A DNA stretch of 63,407 nt, the filler included, from Neoconidiobolus thromboides FSU 785 (lineage: Eukaryota > Fungi > Entomophthoromycota): the NCBI GenBank assembly GCA_025603075.1. It is 7 parts of 7 records of this genome, joined end to end, with 100 filler letters (N's around TTAATTAATTAA, not from the genome) between each part and the next. Parts side by side here need not be neighbours in the genome. Positions count along the whole stretch, not along the records: positions 34,444 to 63,407 come from MU626495.1; 6 more parts are not named here. One strand, given 5' to 3'. The notes below the pieces were generated by a model. That model had not been told where the DNA came from and searched no databases. It saw nothing but the letters and a program-made list of their open reading frames with translations. Shown piece after piece: positions 38,970 to 52,031 of this stretch; position 1 is the first letter of the stretch; each line of letters starts with the position of its first letter. A program made the translations under genes and the position numbers.

Positions 38970-39794
38970 ATATGGAGTATGTTTTTTAGTATTTGATCAA
39001 CAAAAAAGTTTTAATTTTACAGTGAACGCAAAATGAGTAAAAAAACAAAATAAGAGTGTTTCCAAATGGTTTTTTTTGATAGTTTGTGTTATATTCAGAA
39101 TTTTAAAGTTTATTTAATTTTGTAATAGAAACATCATTATAAAAAAAACTCAATTTAATAAATGAAATGCCTGTATATTGAGTAGCATTCATTTCTATTT
39201 AGTTTAATTTAGTATATTAATTTTAACTTTTAATAGCTAAATTTTAAGGTTATTAATTAAAATTTAGCTGTGTGTAAGTCAACATTGAAGATTAAAAATA
39301 TATTTACTTTATTTTGATCATTATTTGATTTTTATTGAACCATTTTAATATCTCTTTTACCGTCATTTCCTATTACATATATTATTTACTGTCAAACACA
39401 TGTTTAAAAACTTCTATACTGATCCTTTTGAAATCCTTCTAATAAAATCGATAATTTATTACAAACCTACTATTCAACACATTAAAATTATTATTTACAA
39501 TCAATAATAAATAAAACCCAAGTATTAATATAATAATCTCATTAGTTTTGATAGACGTTATTTACTAAGTAAATTAATATAAAAACATCAAAATGTTTGT
39601 TTTCTTTATAAACTATTAAGTAATATTAAATGAAATTAAAAAACACTTAGTATTGACATTAATAAATATTATTATTCTTTTGGTTTTGTATTAATAAAAT
39701 CAACACACCCTCACTATCTTACTTTTAAGATCTTTGAAATGAATAGCTATTGAGTCTATTTATTTGAAAATTATTAAGAATCTAAATAAAATAT

Positions 39795-39890
39795 GGAAAT
39801 GTATTTTCGTGTTTAAGAACTTTACTAATAAATTTTCCAGTCATATAGTGATTAAAGATGGAAAAAGTAATGAAACCAAAAAACATCCCC
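39795..39890. mobile_element. MITE family 1 (orientation A)
   Basis: ATAT on both flanks. Confidence 0.9.
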
Positions 39891-40035
39891 ATATAGGGAA
39901 ATATAAGAAAAAAACAACCAAAATTTTATTATTTGATAAATAATTTATAATAGAAGATAGTGAGAAAAAGAGTGAGTTCCGCTCCTAATTCGCTAATATA
40001 TAGTGTAATCTTGTCATCAAAGTGTAACACTGTTT

Positions 40036-41181
40036 TTAAATTGTCAAAAAATGAGTATATTTCCTTGAATCTGGATGCACACTCATCTCCTTTGATTTAA
40101 AATCATTCAACTCCATTTTAATATTCATTGTATTTGCTAGATTTTGTTCCAAATAATTGACCATTCTACGGTCATATTCTTCCATTGAATAAGTTTCAAA
40201 GATAACTACAAATTCATTAAACCGAAATTCTTTCGCACATTTGCTTTTACCAAGTAAGTTTTTACAATGAGTAGAGATAGTGGAGAGCGGAGTACCATTA
40301 GATTTAGTATGCTTTTTAAATTTAAGTTCTTTTTTATCATTATTCACTTTTAAACAACCTTTGATATTTTGTTTATCTACTTGAACTGGTACAATTTTCC
40401 CATTTTCATTTACAATATAACGATTACCCCCTTTATCTGTAGTTTCAGATTTTGGTTTTTTTTGATTTTTTAAACTTCCCCCATTCGATTTACCTATACT
40501 TTTATTAAATTTATTAGCTTCATTTCTCACATTTACAGAATGAGTTGATATATCTGAAACATCTGAAAGATCTAAACTATGTTCTGGTGAAGAGGGTGGA
40601 GAATTCAAATTATATCCACCTTTATCATTATTCAATATTGGTTTACTCCTTCTTAAACTTGGTTTATTATCATTAGTATCAACTACTCTTAATGAACTGT
40701 TACTAGTTTGTTCTCTTAATACTTGCTCAACTACTTCTTTAGGTATCTTGACACTTTCTTTACCATTAGATTTAATACCACCAGATGATTTCACTTCAAA
40801 AGTACCCATGGATGGAGACTCTTCGCTTAATATACTGTTGTTATCCTGTTTACCCGATTTGGGTTCTTTAACTAAACTCTTTAAAAATTTCACTGCTTTA
40901 CTAAAGGAACCACGACGAAAAGATTCAAATACTGTAGTTGCTTCTTTAGAATCTAATATACTTATATCATTTGTATCTACAGATGTTAAGTTTGTATCCA
41001 TTGAGTTATATTTGGCTTCTAGTTCTTGATTGTAAGTAGTTTGTTTTTCAGATGCCTCAAAGATAGGTGTTATCCATGAAAAGCGTCTTCTTCGAGATTC
41101 TAAGTTTTTTGATGAACATGGACCGGTAGTCGTATACATCTCTCCAAAACTCTCTCCTCTGGTATCCAGTACTAGAGTCAT
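40036..41181 (-). CDS. Low-complexity protein with Bni4/Phactr-like C-terminal PP1-binding domain
   Basis: C-terminus FRFNEFVVIFETYSMEEYDRR...IKMELNDFKSKEMSVHPDSRKYTHF matches the Phactr/Bni4 pattern (YDRR...ELNEFK..EM.VH..S). Confidence 0.75.
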   Translation of the reverse strand: MTLVLDTRGESFGEMYTTTGPCSSKNLESRRRRFSWITPIFEASEKQTTYNQELEAKYNSMDTNLTSVDTNDISILDSKEATTVFESFRRGSFSKAVKFLKSLVKEPKSGKQDNNSILSEESPSMGTFEVKSSGGIKSNGKESVKIPKEVVEQVLREQTSNSSLRVVDTNDNKPSLRRSKPILNNDKGGYNLNSPPSSPEHSLDLSDVSDISTHSVNVRNEANKFNKSIGKSNGGSLKNQKKPKSETTDKGGNRYIVNENGKIVPVQVDKQNIKGCLKVNNDKKELKFKKHTKSNGTPLSTISTHCKNLLGKSKCAKEFRFNEFVVIFETYSMEEYDRRMVNYLEQNLANTMNIKMELNDFKSKEMSVHPDSRKYTHFLTI

Positions 41182-43089
41182 TGTTATATATTATCACTAC
41201 TTAGGTTGGTAAATAAATAAAGCTACTATATCTATTGTTTTGTTCACTGTGCCTCTATAATAAGAGTTTATTATAAGAGATAATAAATTAATATTAAATT
41301 AAAAGAGAGAAAGAAAGAATTCAATTAAAATTTTAAAGTATTAAAAATAAAAGAATTAGAAAGAGTGTAAAAATGAAGTATTTATTATAAATAATAATTT
41401 ATTATTAGAATAATTAATTTTTAATAAACATTTTTAGCTTCAAGATGAGTTTTATGTAGGGTGGATATCCTTAGTTTAATAAAAAATTAGTTAAAGTTAA
41501 GCCTTGATATCAATTTTGACTTCTTTTAGTAAAACCTTTGGCTTTTAGTTAGTTTGAAACCTTATTTTTAGACGCTTTTTTAACTAACTTACTTTGAAAG
41601 CAATAAATTAGTTTTTTAAGTCAAACTCACAGAGGTTTTTATTCTTCAAATTCAACTATTTAGGCTTAATCAATAATTTTTTCTTTTTTAGTTAAATAAT
41701 AATAATCTAATATAATAATTTTTTTAATCATTTATTAGATCATTTTATTTTAAATTTTATAAATAATAATAATGAAAAAATGAAAAAAAAAACAATAGTT
41801 TATATATTTGAACTTATTTACTAGCTCAAGCTAAACGTTGTTTGATTTTAAAGTTTAAGCATCTTACAATGTTTATTCTTATAAGAAATTTCAAACTAAA
41901 ACTATGATAAACCTTTTTTATAAGTCATTCAAATCAAGTACCCGCTATTTTTTTAAAATTATCTAAAAATGAGAGCAATTATTTTTGTAATTATATTAAA
42001 ATTATCTAATAGTGGCTAAACTCTAGTTTTTTACTTTTTGTAGATCTTTAGTATGAAGTTAATGTCAAAAAAAATCATTTTAAACTAAGATCTGTGATTT
42101 TTCTGTTTTACCTCATAATCGTATTTTATTTATTTATTGGTAGGTTAACTTTACGCCTACATTCATATTCGATTTAACTTGAAATCTGTTAGCTCAAACT
42201 TAGAGCTCTCATTTTGTTTTTTTGCTGAATAGAATTAAGAATTAGATTCGAGTTGTTGATATTAATGATTACTATGAAGACTTTTTAATTGCATAAATTT
42301 ATCAACAACTTCAGTGATAATAACATTATAAGGATGCTGTAATTTTTTTAAAAATTGATAAGTATATGACTACAGTAATAAAAATTTTACTGTAAATAAA
42401 TTGATCTTTCTACATAAAACAAAGTGCTAATGAATAAAGTTTCAATATTAAATATCTAAAAAATAGAAACTAATGTTATAGTTAATAAAGTACTTTTTTT
42501 AATAGAATTTTAGTCATTAATATATTTACTAACTTAATAAGTCTCATTTGAATTCGATTTATTTTGACTATTATAATTATTTAAAAAAAGCTCAGTTGAA
42601 GAAACAAATCAAATTGAGTATCTCCCTACTGATCGTTTGATTAATTTAATCTCTCTCTTACATCTCGCCTGTATCGTCGTACAATTGACTCTAACTCTTT
42701 TAACTTTTGCTTAATTCCTTCTTACTTTTAATGACAAAACACTTGGGATTTCTATCCTTTCAAGATTTAAAAAAAAAAGGAAAATAAATACAATATTTTT
42801 AACAATAAATAAATAAATCAAATAAACAAAGTATTATTGCAATGAAGATTAAAAACTACTATGGCTAAGACTATAATGATATCTCTTATAAATTTCATAT
42901 TGTTTGTTTTTGATTTATTAATTGTTAAAGATATCTTATTTCAGTTTATTCAGCTTTTTTTCTTACTATAGCCATGATAAGTTGAAAACAAGATGTCTAA
43001 CACAGATAAGGTATGAATTTTATACTTTAATAGCTATTAGAAAAAACTATTGATATACGAATTTCCGATTACTATAAAAAGTAACAAAT

Positions 43090-43183
43090 TAGGATGTTTT
43101 TTTTATTTCACTTTTTCTGTTTTTCTGAGCACTATTTAAGTGGAAAATTTATTAATAAAATTCAAACAAAAAAATACATTCCT
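43090..43183. mobile_element. MITE family 1 (orientation B)
   Basis: AAAT on both flanks. Confidence 0.85.
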
Positions 43184-43251
43184 AAATAATAATAAATAGT
43201 AAATAAAAACTAGAATAAAATATATTTTCAAATGAACTTTTTATCAAACTT

Positions 43252-45342
43252 TTACTTCAATCTTTTACAAGGCTTTACTACAAATCTTTCATTAATTTCC
43301 CATCGTTGACTGTCTTTCAATACCTCCATACTTTCATCTAATATTTCATCTTCCTCTTCTTCCACCAACGTCATATCTGAATTGAAAGTATCCTTTCTTC
43401 CTGGAACTACAAACTCTTCTTCTCCTTCTTCTTCCATCATTGGTGGTGGAGGTACAATCATATTATCAATAAATTGATTTAATAATAATTTAGGATGAGA
43501 ATCAATACTTAAAGATTTATTATGTTGCTGATAGTTGTTATTTATCTTAGGCAATTTCCCATAATCATTATTAAAGTAATAATCATTTTCAAATGCATCT
43601 AAAGTAATATCTCGTCTCTTTTTATCATTAGATTCATAGATATCATAAGATTGACTGCGGAGATGACAGGAAGATTTAGAATGTATCGTAGGAAGAGTAG
43701 GAAGATTAGTTGATATTAGATCAGATTTCATATCTTCAATTGAAATTGTAGCCAATTTTTGTTGAATTAGTTGATATTTTGGTCTTATTGGTGGTGATGG
43801 TAGTTCACTAAGTAATTTATCACAATCTATAACATAATTATCTAAACTTTTTGTTTTACGATGATTTGATTTTATTGTACAATTAGAGGAATTGTTACGC
43901 CATGGCAAATGATTTATACTCTTTGTTTGTATGTGTTTTGAAGTAGAGGGATTAGGTGATGGATAAGTATTAAATCGTAACTTTTGATCTTTTATTTCAA
44001 TTGATTTTGATTTGCGTAATATTTGTGATATTGGTAGTTCCTCAGATGGCATAATATTGATAACTGTTATAGAATCATCTTCTAATTGTTTATTTAAATT
44101 AATATCACTATTATTATTTTGACTATTATTATTATTATTTTGACTATTATTATTATTATTATTAAATTGATTTAGTAAAAAATGATAAGATTGATAATAA
44201 TAGTTAATAAATTCTAAATTAGTAGTCGGAGTATCAATATCTCTTTCGTAAATTGAATAACAATTATTATTATTTAATAAAGAATCTAATAATACTTTTT
44301 CTTGTTTTAATTGATCTTGAGTTATATTATTTAATAAATTATTATAATGTAATAAATCAATTGTTAATTGTTGTTTTAACTTAATATTATTTTTTAATTT
44401 AATTAAAATATTTATTTTATATTCTATTTTATATTGATCAGTTAAAACACTACTTTCATTACTAGGTAAATTAAACAATAAGATATAATAACTAATATCT
44501 TGTTGATTATTTTTGTTAATAACTCTTATATTTTTGTATGTTTTTTCCGATATTATGGATTGATGTATTAATTTATTTTGTATACTTAATTGTTTAATTA
44601 ATAGAATGTCAATACTATTTATATTTTGATTTCTTAAATTTCTTAATTCAAAATTAATAGTCATCATTTGTCCACTTAAATAATTAGTTTGTAGTTTAGT
44701 TGTTAAGTATATAACATTCTTATTCTTTTGATTATTGTCAAATGTGGTATAATGTTCTTTAATTGTTGATAATATATTTGATTTCATATAAATAATAATT
44801 GGTAATTGACATTTAAATTTCACTAATTTATTATTATATTTAACTTCTAATTTACTATAATAAAGTATGTTAGTTTAAATGATAATAATATGATGTAATA
44901 TTATTGCTTACCATTTTAAATAATAGTTAATTTTTAAATACTTATCAAAATTCAAATCATTAAATGAAGGTATTAAATTCTTAGATAAAAAAAAATTAAA
45001 ATTTAGTTTGTATTTTTCGATTTTGCCAATATAATCGCCATCTTCATCGATTGTTAATAATTCATTAAATTCTTCAAATAAATCTAAATTGTTTTTAATT
45101 ATTACTTTTCTCTTATTCAATCCTTTAGTTTCTACACAATAGAATAGAATAATATTAGTACGAATATTCAATAATATAGTATTAATTATTAATTTACCTT
45201 CATAGCCAACAAATTGAATTTTTAAATCAATTAATTTCCAATCATTATTTAATGAATTTAATATTAATTGGCCATTAATATGCTGTAATTGACAATAACT
45301 TTCTTCTTTTAAAAATATACTTGGTATTATGGATAATTTCAT
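43252..45342 (-). CDS. Probable arrestin-fold (alpha-arrestin-like) protein with long N/S/P-rich tail
   Basis: Beta-strand pattern LKIQFVGYE...FNFFLSKNLIPSF...INYYLK, intron near 44855-44910, second sandwich-like domain, NNNNNSQ repeats; assignment by pattern only. Confidence 0.55.
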
Positions 45343-45764
45343 TGAATATCGTATATAAACCTAAACTGTTACTATTGCTACTATTTAGTTGAAGTATAAG
45401 AATGAAATGAAAATGAAGAGAATGATAATGATATTGGTAGCAAAATATCGATGAAAAAGAATGAAAAAATATATATGCAAATGTGAAAATGAATCTTGTT
45501 TTTAAAACTAAAAATTATAAATGACAGATAGTTATATTGTTTTTATATATTTTAAATTTTTCTATTGAATTTTTAATCTATTTGAGTTAAAATTGCTTGA
45601 ATTTTTATATTAACCAAATTTAGCTAATTTATTAGAAAAATTTCATAATTTCACTATTTTCTATAAATAAAATTTATAATAATTACAATATTATATCACT
45701 ACTAATTGATACTTAATTCAAAAATAAAGAACAAAAACCGAGTGTAAGTGTAACTCAAATACTA

Positions 45765-45835
45765 TGTCATTGGGGGGAATCGAACCCCCGCTATCGCGGC
45801 CACAACGCGGTGTACTACCACTATACTACAATGAC
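45765..45835 (-). tRNA. tRNA-His (GUG)
   Basis: GTCATTG/CAATGAC acceptor, TTGTGGC loop, GGGGG TTCGATT CCCCC T-arm; T5 about 28 nt downstream; one C-A mismatch at the top of the anticodon stem. Confidence 0.95.
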
Positions 45836-45975
45836 TTTAAATTTAATTATATCATTCCATTCTAAAAAATATATATATTGTCAACCTTTCAATATTATAA
45901 TATAAAATAAGAAATAAGAAATAAAAAATGCTTACGTTACATTGAGATTGTTTTGCTTTTATCTTATTCTTTAAA

Positions 45976-47004
45976 ATGATATCTTCAATTGAATTAGCAA
46001 CTAACTATGTTTGGAAAAGATATTTAAAATTTAAGAGTAAAGTAAGTGGCTTTTGTATTATATTGTCGATTTTTATTGAATTCGTAACAGAATGCCTGCA
46101 AACTACCAATGTTAATAGGCATCTCCGGTTTACAAGGTTCAGGTAAATTGAAAACAAACTTCAGCTTCTATTCAATTTAATAATATTTTATTTTAATTTA
46201 TTAAATACTTAATACATAGGTAAATCCACCATCACAAAAAACCTATACACCTGTTTAACTGCATCTCCCTATAATCTCAAAACCGCTATTTTATCCTTAG
46301 ATGATTTCTATCTCACGTATAACGATCAACTTCAATTATCAAAATCCCTTCCCATATCTAAATTGTTTGAATTTAGAGGTAATCCAGGCACTCATGATTT
46401 AGATCTATTATATGATACACTAGAAAAGTTATCAATGAAAGAAGAGAACACAGTAAAAGTACCTTTGTATAATAAATATTTGCATCAAGGCAAAGGGGAT
46501 CGAGTAGCAAAAGAAGAGTGGATGGAATTTAAAACACCGGTGGATTTAATATTAATTGAAGGGTGGATGTTAGGGTTTAAGGGGAGGGAAGTAGAGGAAG
46601 TTGAAAATATAATAAAAAATCAAAAAGGAGATGAAGTGTTATTAAATCAATTAAAAACAGGATATAACTCAGCTGAATATCGAAAGTATCAATTAGAAGA
46701 ATTAATTCAATTAAATACTAATTTAAATGGATATCAAAAACTATTTCATCAAATAGATGATTTTATTGTATTAAAAGGAAAAAAATTAGAATTTGTTTTT
46801 GATTGGAGAGAACAACAGGAGAGAAATGGAGAGAAAAAGAAAGAGGATGGCTTAAATAAGGACCAAGTTAGGCAATTTGTACAGAGATTTCTACCAGCAT
46901 ACGAATTATATTTAAATGACTTTTATGATAAAGTTAAACCCGCATTAGTGCTGGAATTGGATGAGAATAGGAATGTAAGTTTGAATGAAGAAAGGGAGGA
47001 GTAA
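45976..47004 (+). CDS. P-loop kinase of the TDA10 / D-glycerate 3-kinase family
   Basis: Spliced LIGISGLQGS|GKST, ILSLDDFYLT, RGNPGTHD, LILIEGWMLGF, WREQQE, FVQRFLPAYELY; proposed start 45976 with two introns. Confidence 0.88.
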
Positions 47005-49036
47005 TTTATGAATGAAATAAGTTATTAAATATTAAAAAAAGGTTCTTAATTATTACGGTTTGTTATTGTTTTTAATACTTTTTAATGGAGTTTAGTTGTA
47101 CTTGATTATTTTATAGATTGAAAATTAGCTTTATAGGTTAAAAAGGTGGCTTTTAGATAAGATAAATAAAATTAATATCAATAAGTAGTCCTTGTTGTTG
47201 AACTGTTTGCTATTCAATTGATAGTGGCTATTTTACAAACAAAGATTGTGTTTTGTTAGACTCTTAATAAATTAATGGAATAAAAAATAGTATGATACTT
47301 GTAAAGTACCATTAAAAATCGATCCATACTATTAATTTGGTAGTTATGTTATTATATGAAACTTAATTTAATTGATAAAAACAATTTGTAATAATTAAAT
47401 AGATTGTTTGTGTTATTATGTTAATCTATTTGTATTATTAAAAAGGTAGTATCGTAAACATATCCTCATAATTTAATTTTTTTATATCAAATCAAGTGTG
47501 TCCAAAAGTTAATAACATTCAAAGGATTAAAATACGATGATGGTCAGGTCAGGGATGTTAATAAAAGCCTCAATTGAAAAAATAAGCAACAAATTTAGAT
47601 AGTTTGGAAAACTAGTTTAAATTCAAACATAAAAGGGATAATGATTAGTTGAATTATTATGTAACATTTGAAAATAGACTAAATTTGACTTTATGGCTTA
47701 TAAATAGGTATAGCAGACAAATTTTATTGAACTTTTTAATAAAAAACTGGAATATTTATAGTCATATTGTTACATTTAAAGTTGGTCCATGAGTTTCTTT
47801 TGCTGATAATGATAATAGTGCCTCTAGTGATATATAACAAAACAATAAATATACTTAAACAAATACTATTTAATTAAAGAAATTAAATAACAAACTTTTT
47901 AATAAATGTCAAAAGAGGATTTAAATTCTAACAGTAATAATAATGAACTTCAAGTAATTGCACCAGATGAAATAAAAATGATCAACCTGAATACAAAATC
48001 AACCAACTGTTTTAGAAATGGATTCTAATAAAACAAACTCAGGACCTGATAGTAAACATAATCATTTATATGATATTAATAATACTACTTGTATTTTTTT
48101 TTACAATCCCTATACTCTTATTGATAATAATGACTGCTGTACCAATTACTGTATTGATGATGGTTGATATAGAAATAGCAGATATAATACTTGAGGGGAT
48201 CATTATGAGAATGGTTGTACATGAGGTAACAATAATGGAAGTGATTGTGTCTGTTTTAGCTCAGATACTTAATTTAATAAATATTATTTACATGAATATA
48301 GTGGAAAATTTGCTCTATTCTATGGATACTCTTTGATCCAAGTAAAAAAATGCTTTTCGTTATATACAATAAAATTAAATAATAATACTTATTTAAGAGA
48401 ATCAGGAAATAAGGCTTAAGAAAATGTTTTCTATTAACTTCATTTCAATTAACAAAAATTAACAAGTCTGATATCATTACATTAGGTATAAAATGTCCAC
48501 ATACTTAAAAATTCAATTCAAAACGATTTGAACAAAGTGCGCTAAATACGAGATTAACAACGACCTTTTGAATCATTATGTGTGAAAAATAAAAATCAGA
48601 TTCAATATAACATAAAGTCATTTATATTGACAATAGTTCTAATTTATAAATTATTAACTCTTAATCATTAGTTGAAATTGAATTAAATAGAAAGAATTTT
48701 TTAAATTTTGAACTCCAAAATAGTGTATCTATAAATTAGATCTAAATAGTTATTTTTTGCTTTTTAATATTCAAAACTAATTCTATATAAGTGATCAATT
48801 CTTGTCAGCTGTATAATCAACCCAAAATCCAACCACCCGTGATACCTTTATACAGCACTACTTCAAAACATTTAAGCATTAATTATAAGGTAAAATGATC
48901 GAAAGATTAAACCTAGTAAAGTACTTTCTAATTTTTTAATAAAGAAAACTAATTTGATATTGAAATTTGGTCTCATATCTTGGTTGTATAATTAACTTGA
49001 ATTTTGGCTAATTTGAGTAAAATTAAATGTCTAAAT

Positions 49037-49134
49037 GGGAGTGTTTTTTTAATTTCATTTTTTTTTTCATTTTTTAAGCGCTATTTAAGCGGAAAATTTG
49101 TTAGTGAAATTCTTAAACACAAAAATACATCCCC
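49037..49134. mobile_element. MITE family 1 (orientation B)
   Basis: AAAT on both flanks. Confidence 0.9.
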
Positions 49135-50025
49135 AAATCCTGGATTAATTAAATGAAAGGTTGGAACAAAAATAAAGTTATCAAGCATTCATTATTGTGT
49201 AAAATCCCACTAACTAAATGGTTAAAATTTTCTATGATTCGCTATTTGAAACTATAACTGTTGCAACTCTTTGGCGACTTTTTTAGTGATAATTTTTATA
49301 AGTAAATTATAAATATAGCCAATTTTTTAGAAACTGTTCCTTATTTCTATCTAAAGTTTAACATAATTTTTTTCTTAAATCGCCAGTTAATTAGATTATA
49401 AAAGAGTTATAATAGCTATAATTTTCGAACCAATAAGAGACTGTTATGCTTGATATTTGTACACCTTTTATACCATTTGATTAAAGAATCTATTAGCTGA
49501 ATTTTATAAAAAGGATAGCCATTTGAGATATTTGCATTTTATTAACATAGCCTTATCACCGTTATACTATTCAAGTGACAAAAAGGTATTTAATCTCCCA
49601 TCAACGCTATTGAAATCTATAAATAGTTTTAGAACTTTAAACGGGTCTATCATTAATAATAGATACAAAACTAGCACTTCATTAATATAATGGTTATAGC
49701 TTCAATTACTGTTAATTAAACTTAATTATTAGGTAATATTGTTCTTGTTTATACAAAGCATTTAAGACTAGATATTAAAATTATATATTAAACTTTTTAA
49801 GATAGTACAGTCACTTATAATATATTAACCTTGAAGCTGATGTTTAATAATTAAATAATTATGATAAAATTGTAGTCAAAATTGATAGCCTCAGTGGTTT
49901 TAATTTATAACTAAAAGCTGATTAAAATCAACCTTATTGTCAGTGAGTTATTTGATATTATATAACTTAGTGAATTATTTTACTGATAATTTTAATAAAA
50001 TAAAGGCCTTCAATATTTAAAATAT

Positions 50026-50119
50026 GGGGATGTGTTTTATAAGAATTTTAATGATGGCTTTTCCACTTAAATATCGCGTAAAAGATGTAAAAAGTGATGA
50101 AGCCAAAAAAAACATCCCC
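50026..50119. mobile_element. MITE family 1 (orientation A)
   Basis: ATAT on both flanks; small internal deletion. Confidence 0.88.
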
Positions 50120-51245
50120 ATATAATTAAATTTGTTTTAATATAATGATTATATCATTACTATTGTAAACTTACTTTAAAATTTAAGTAGAATATACAGA
50201 TTGATCACTCTATACAGTGTTATTGATTAGTATACATTAACTGATTTAATATGATTCAAAATACATACAAAAAGCATTATGCTAATAGGCACACTATTTT
50301 CAACCTAACTTTACTAGTTTTTTAATTTCCCCGAAGATTAGCAAAAATAGAGTTTAAACATGTTTAAAGATACTATCACTCACGCTGTCTATACTTACAG
50401 CATACATATTGGATTAAGATCCCAGGTATTTCAAACAATACATTGTTGAGCAAGTGATGGGCTTGATGGGTTCTAAAACATATTTAATGCCTCTAATTAA
50501 AGATCAGCTATAAAAAGGTTTTCATGGAATAAATAAAGGATTTCTATTTAAGAAAGATATTTAGATATGATGAACACCTTAATCTATCTATACTAATTTA
50601 CCCTTATTATGTTATTTTGAACTGTGATTTTTTTTGATTAGTTTGATTTTTAAAATTAGCCTTTTAGGTGTCAAATTATTTTAAAAAAAGGGCTGATTAG
50701 ACTTAAATTTTTTGGCCAATTAAGCCCAAATTACATGAGTACCACCTGTCCATGATTCTTGAGGGTAAAATATCATTTAACAACATAAATATTAGAAAAA
50801 CGTATTTTTAGAAAAATTAAACCAAGTTGTTTTAAATTCTAATTTTAGATTTATTTTAGCAAGGTTAGGGTTTTAATTTGAAGTTATTTTTATTAAAGCT
50901 TATTTTTTAATTTGATATTTATTTTATTACAAGTTAATTTTTTGAAATGAACTTTTAATCCTTAAACTAGCATTCAGCTTTATTAATTTTAATATTAAAA
51001 ATAAAACTGCATTTATCAAAAATCAAAATTATAAATCAACTTGAATTACTATAAATTTAAAATATATATCTCATTTAACAAAGTAAAAACCTACATAATC
51101 AAAATAACTTGCAAAAATCGTTTTTTATAATACAACTTACAAAGTTTGATATTTTAACTTTTGAAACAAAGAATAGCTAAAGGTGTGTATAAAACACATA
51201 TACATACATAATAAATAAAATAAATAAATCTTGATTTCCAATTCT

Positions 51246-52031
51246 TCAACTTGGAGTAGACATATAGGAGGGGATAGCTTCCAGAGGATGTGGAGTACTT
51301 AAAAGATCATTCACACCTAAAGTGACGTTTGAATAGATACTTGCTGCATCTTTGGAATTTTTACGGAAAAAGTTTCTAATAGAACGTACCCTATCTCCAT
51401 TGGTTTTATTACTAAATAAAACATCTGGTAAACTTCTTCTTCTCGTCCTAACTTTAGGACCTTCTTCTACCTTTGGTGTTGATGGCTCCACCTCTTCATT
51501 ATCTCCAAGTATAAATGTTGACTGACAATTTTTCATTGGTATTGACATTACAACAGTATTATTAGTAGATGCAATACTGATATATTGATGTAACAGCATT
51601 GCTACTGCAAAGTTGCCTTTAGCTAAAGCAATAGATAAAGGCGTAGATCCATACTTATCCACTGAATTGGGATTTGCACCCTTACTGATCAAAAGCTCAA
51701 CCAACTCTACACTACCATTAGCAGCCGCAAAGTGTAAAGGAGTTAGACCTACTTCCTCATGACTTTTTGGAGTTAATAAGCTTCCTGAATATCTTCTCGA
51801 TCTCCTTCTTGCATTGACGTCACTTCCCCTTTCAATTAGATATTCTACTACTTGCAAATTACCACCACTACAAGCGGCATGGATTGGAAATAATCCATTA
51901 ACAATGGAATCAATTGGTTGACCATTATCCAAAGCATATTTGACCCAACCTATGTTACCTGAGATAGCACCAAGGTGTAAACCTAAGTTGACTGTTGAGC
52001 GCGGTTTAAACGTTTTTAATATTAAAGTCAT
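51246..52031 (-). CDS. Ankyrin-repeat protein
   Basis: GLFPIHAACSGGNLQVVEYLIERGSDVN, GLTPLHFAAANGSVELVELLISKGANPN, GSTPLSIALAKGN. Confidence 0.9.
   Translation of the reverse strand: MTLILKTFKPRSTVNLGLHLGAISGNIGWVKYALDNGQPIDSIVNGLFPIHAACSGGNLQVVEYLIERGSDVNARRRSRRYSGSLLTPKSHEEVGLTPLHFAAANGSVELVELLISKGANPNSVDKYGSTPLSIALAKGNFAVAMLLHQYISIASTNNTVVMSIPMKNCQSTFILGDNEEVEPSTPKVEEGPKVRTRRRSLPDVLFSNKTNGDRVRSIRNFFRKNSKDAASIYSNVTLGVNDLLSTPHPLEAIPSYMSTPS

Noticed and set aside
48070-48336. Hydrophobic 88-aa ORF resembling a membrane protein
   Set aside because: Its I/M/V richness is the shifted reading of the N/D-rich frame starting at 48018
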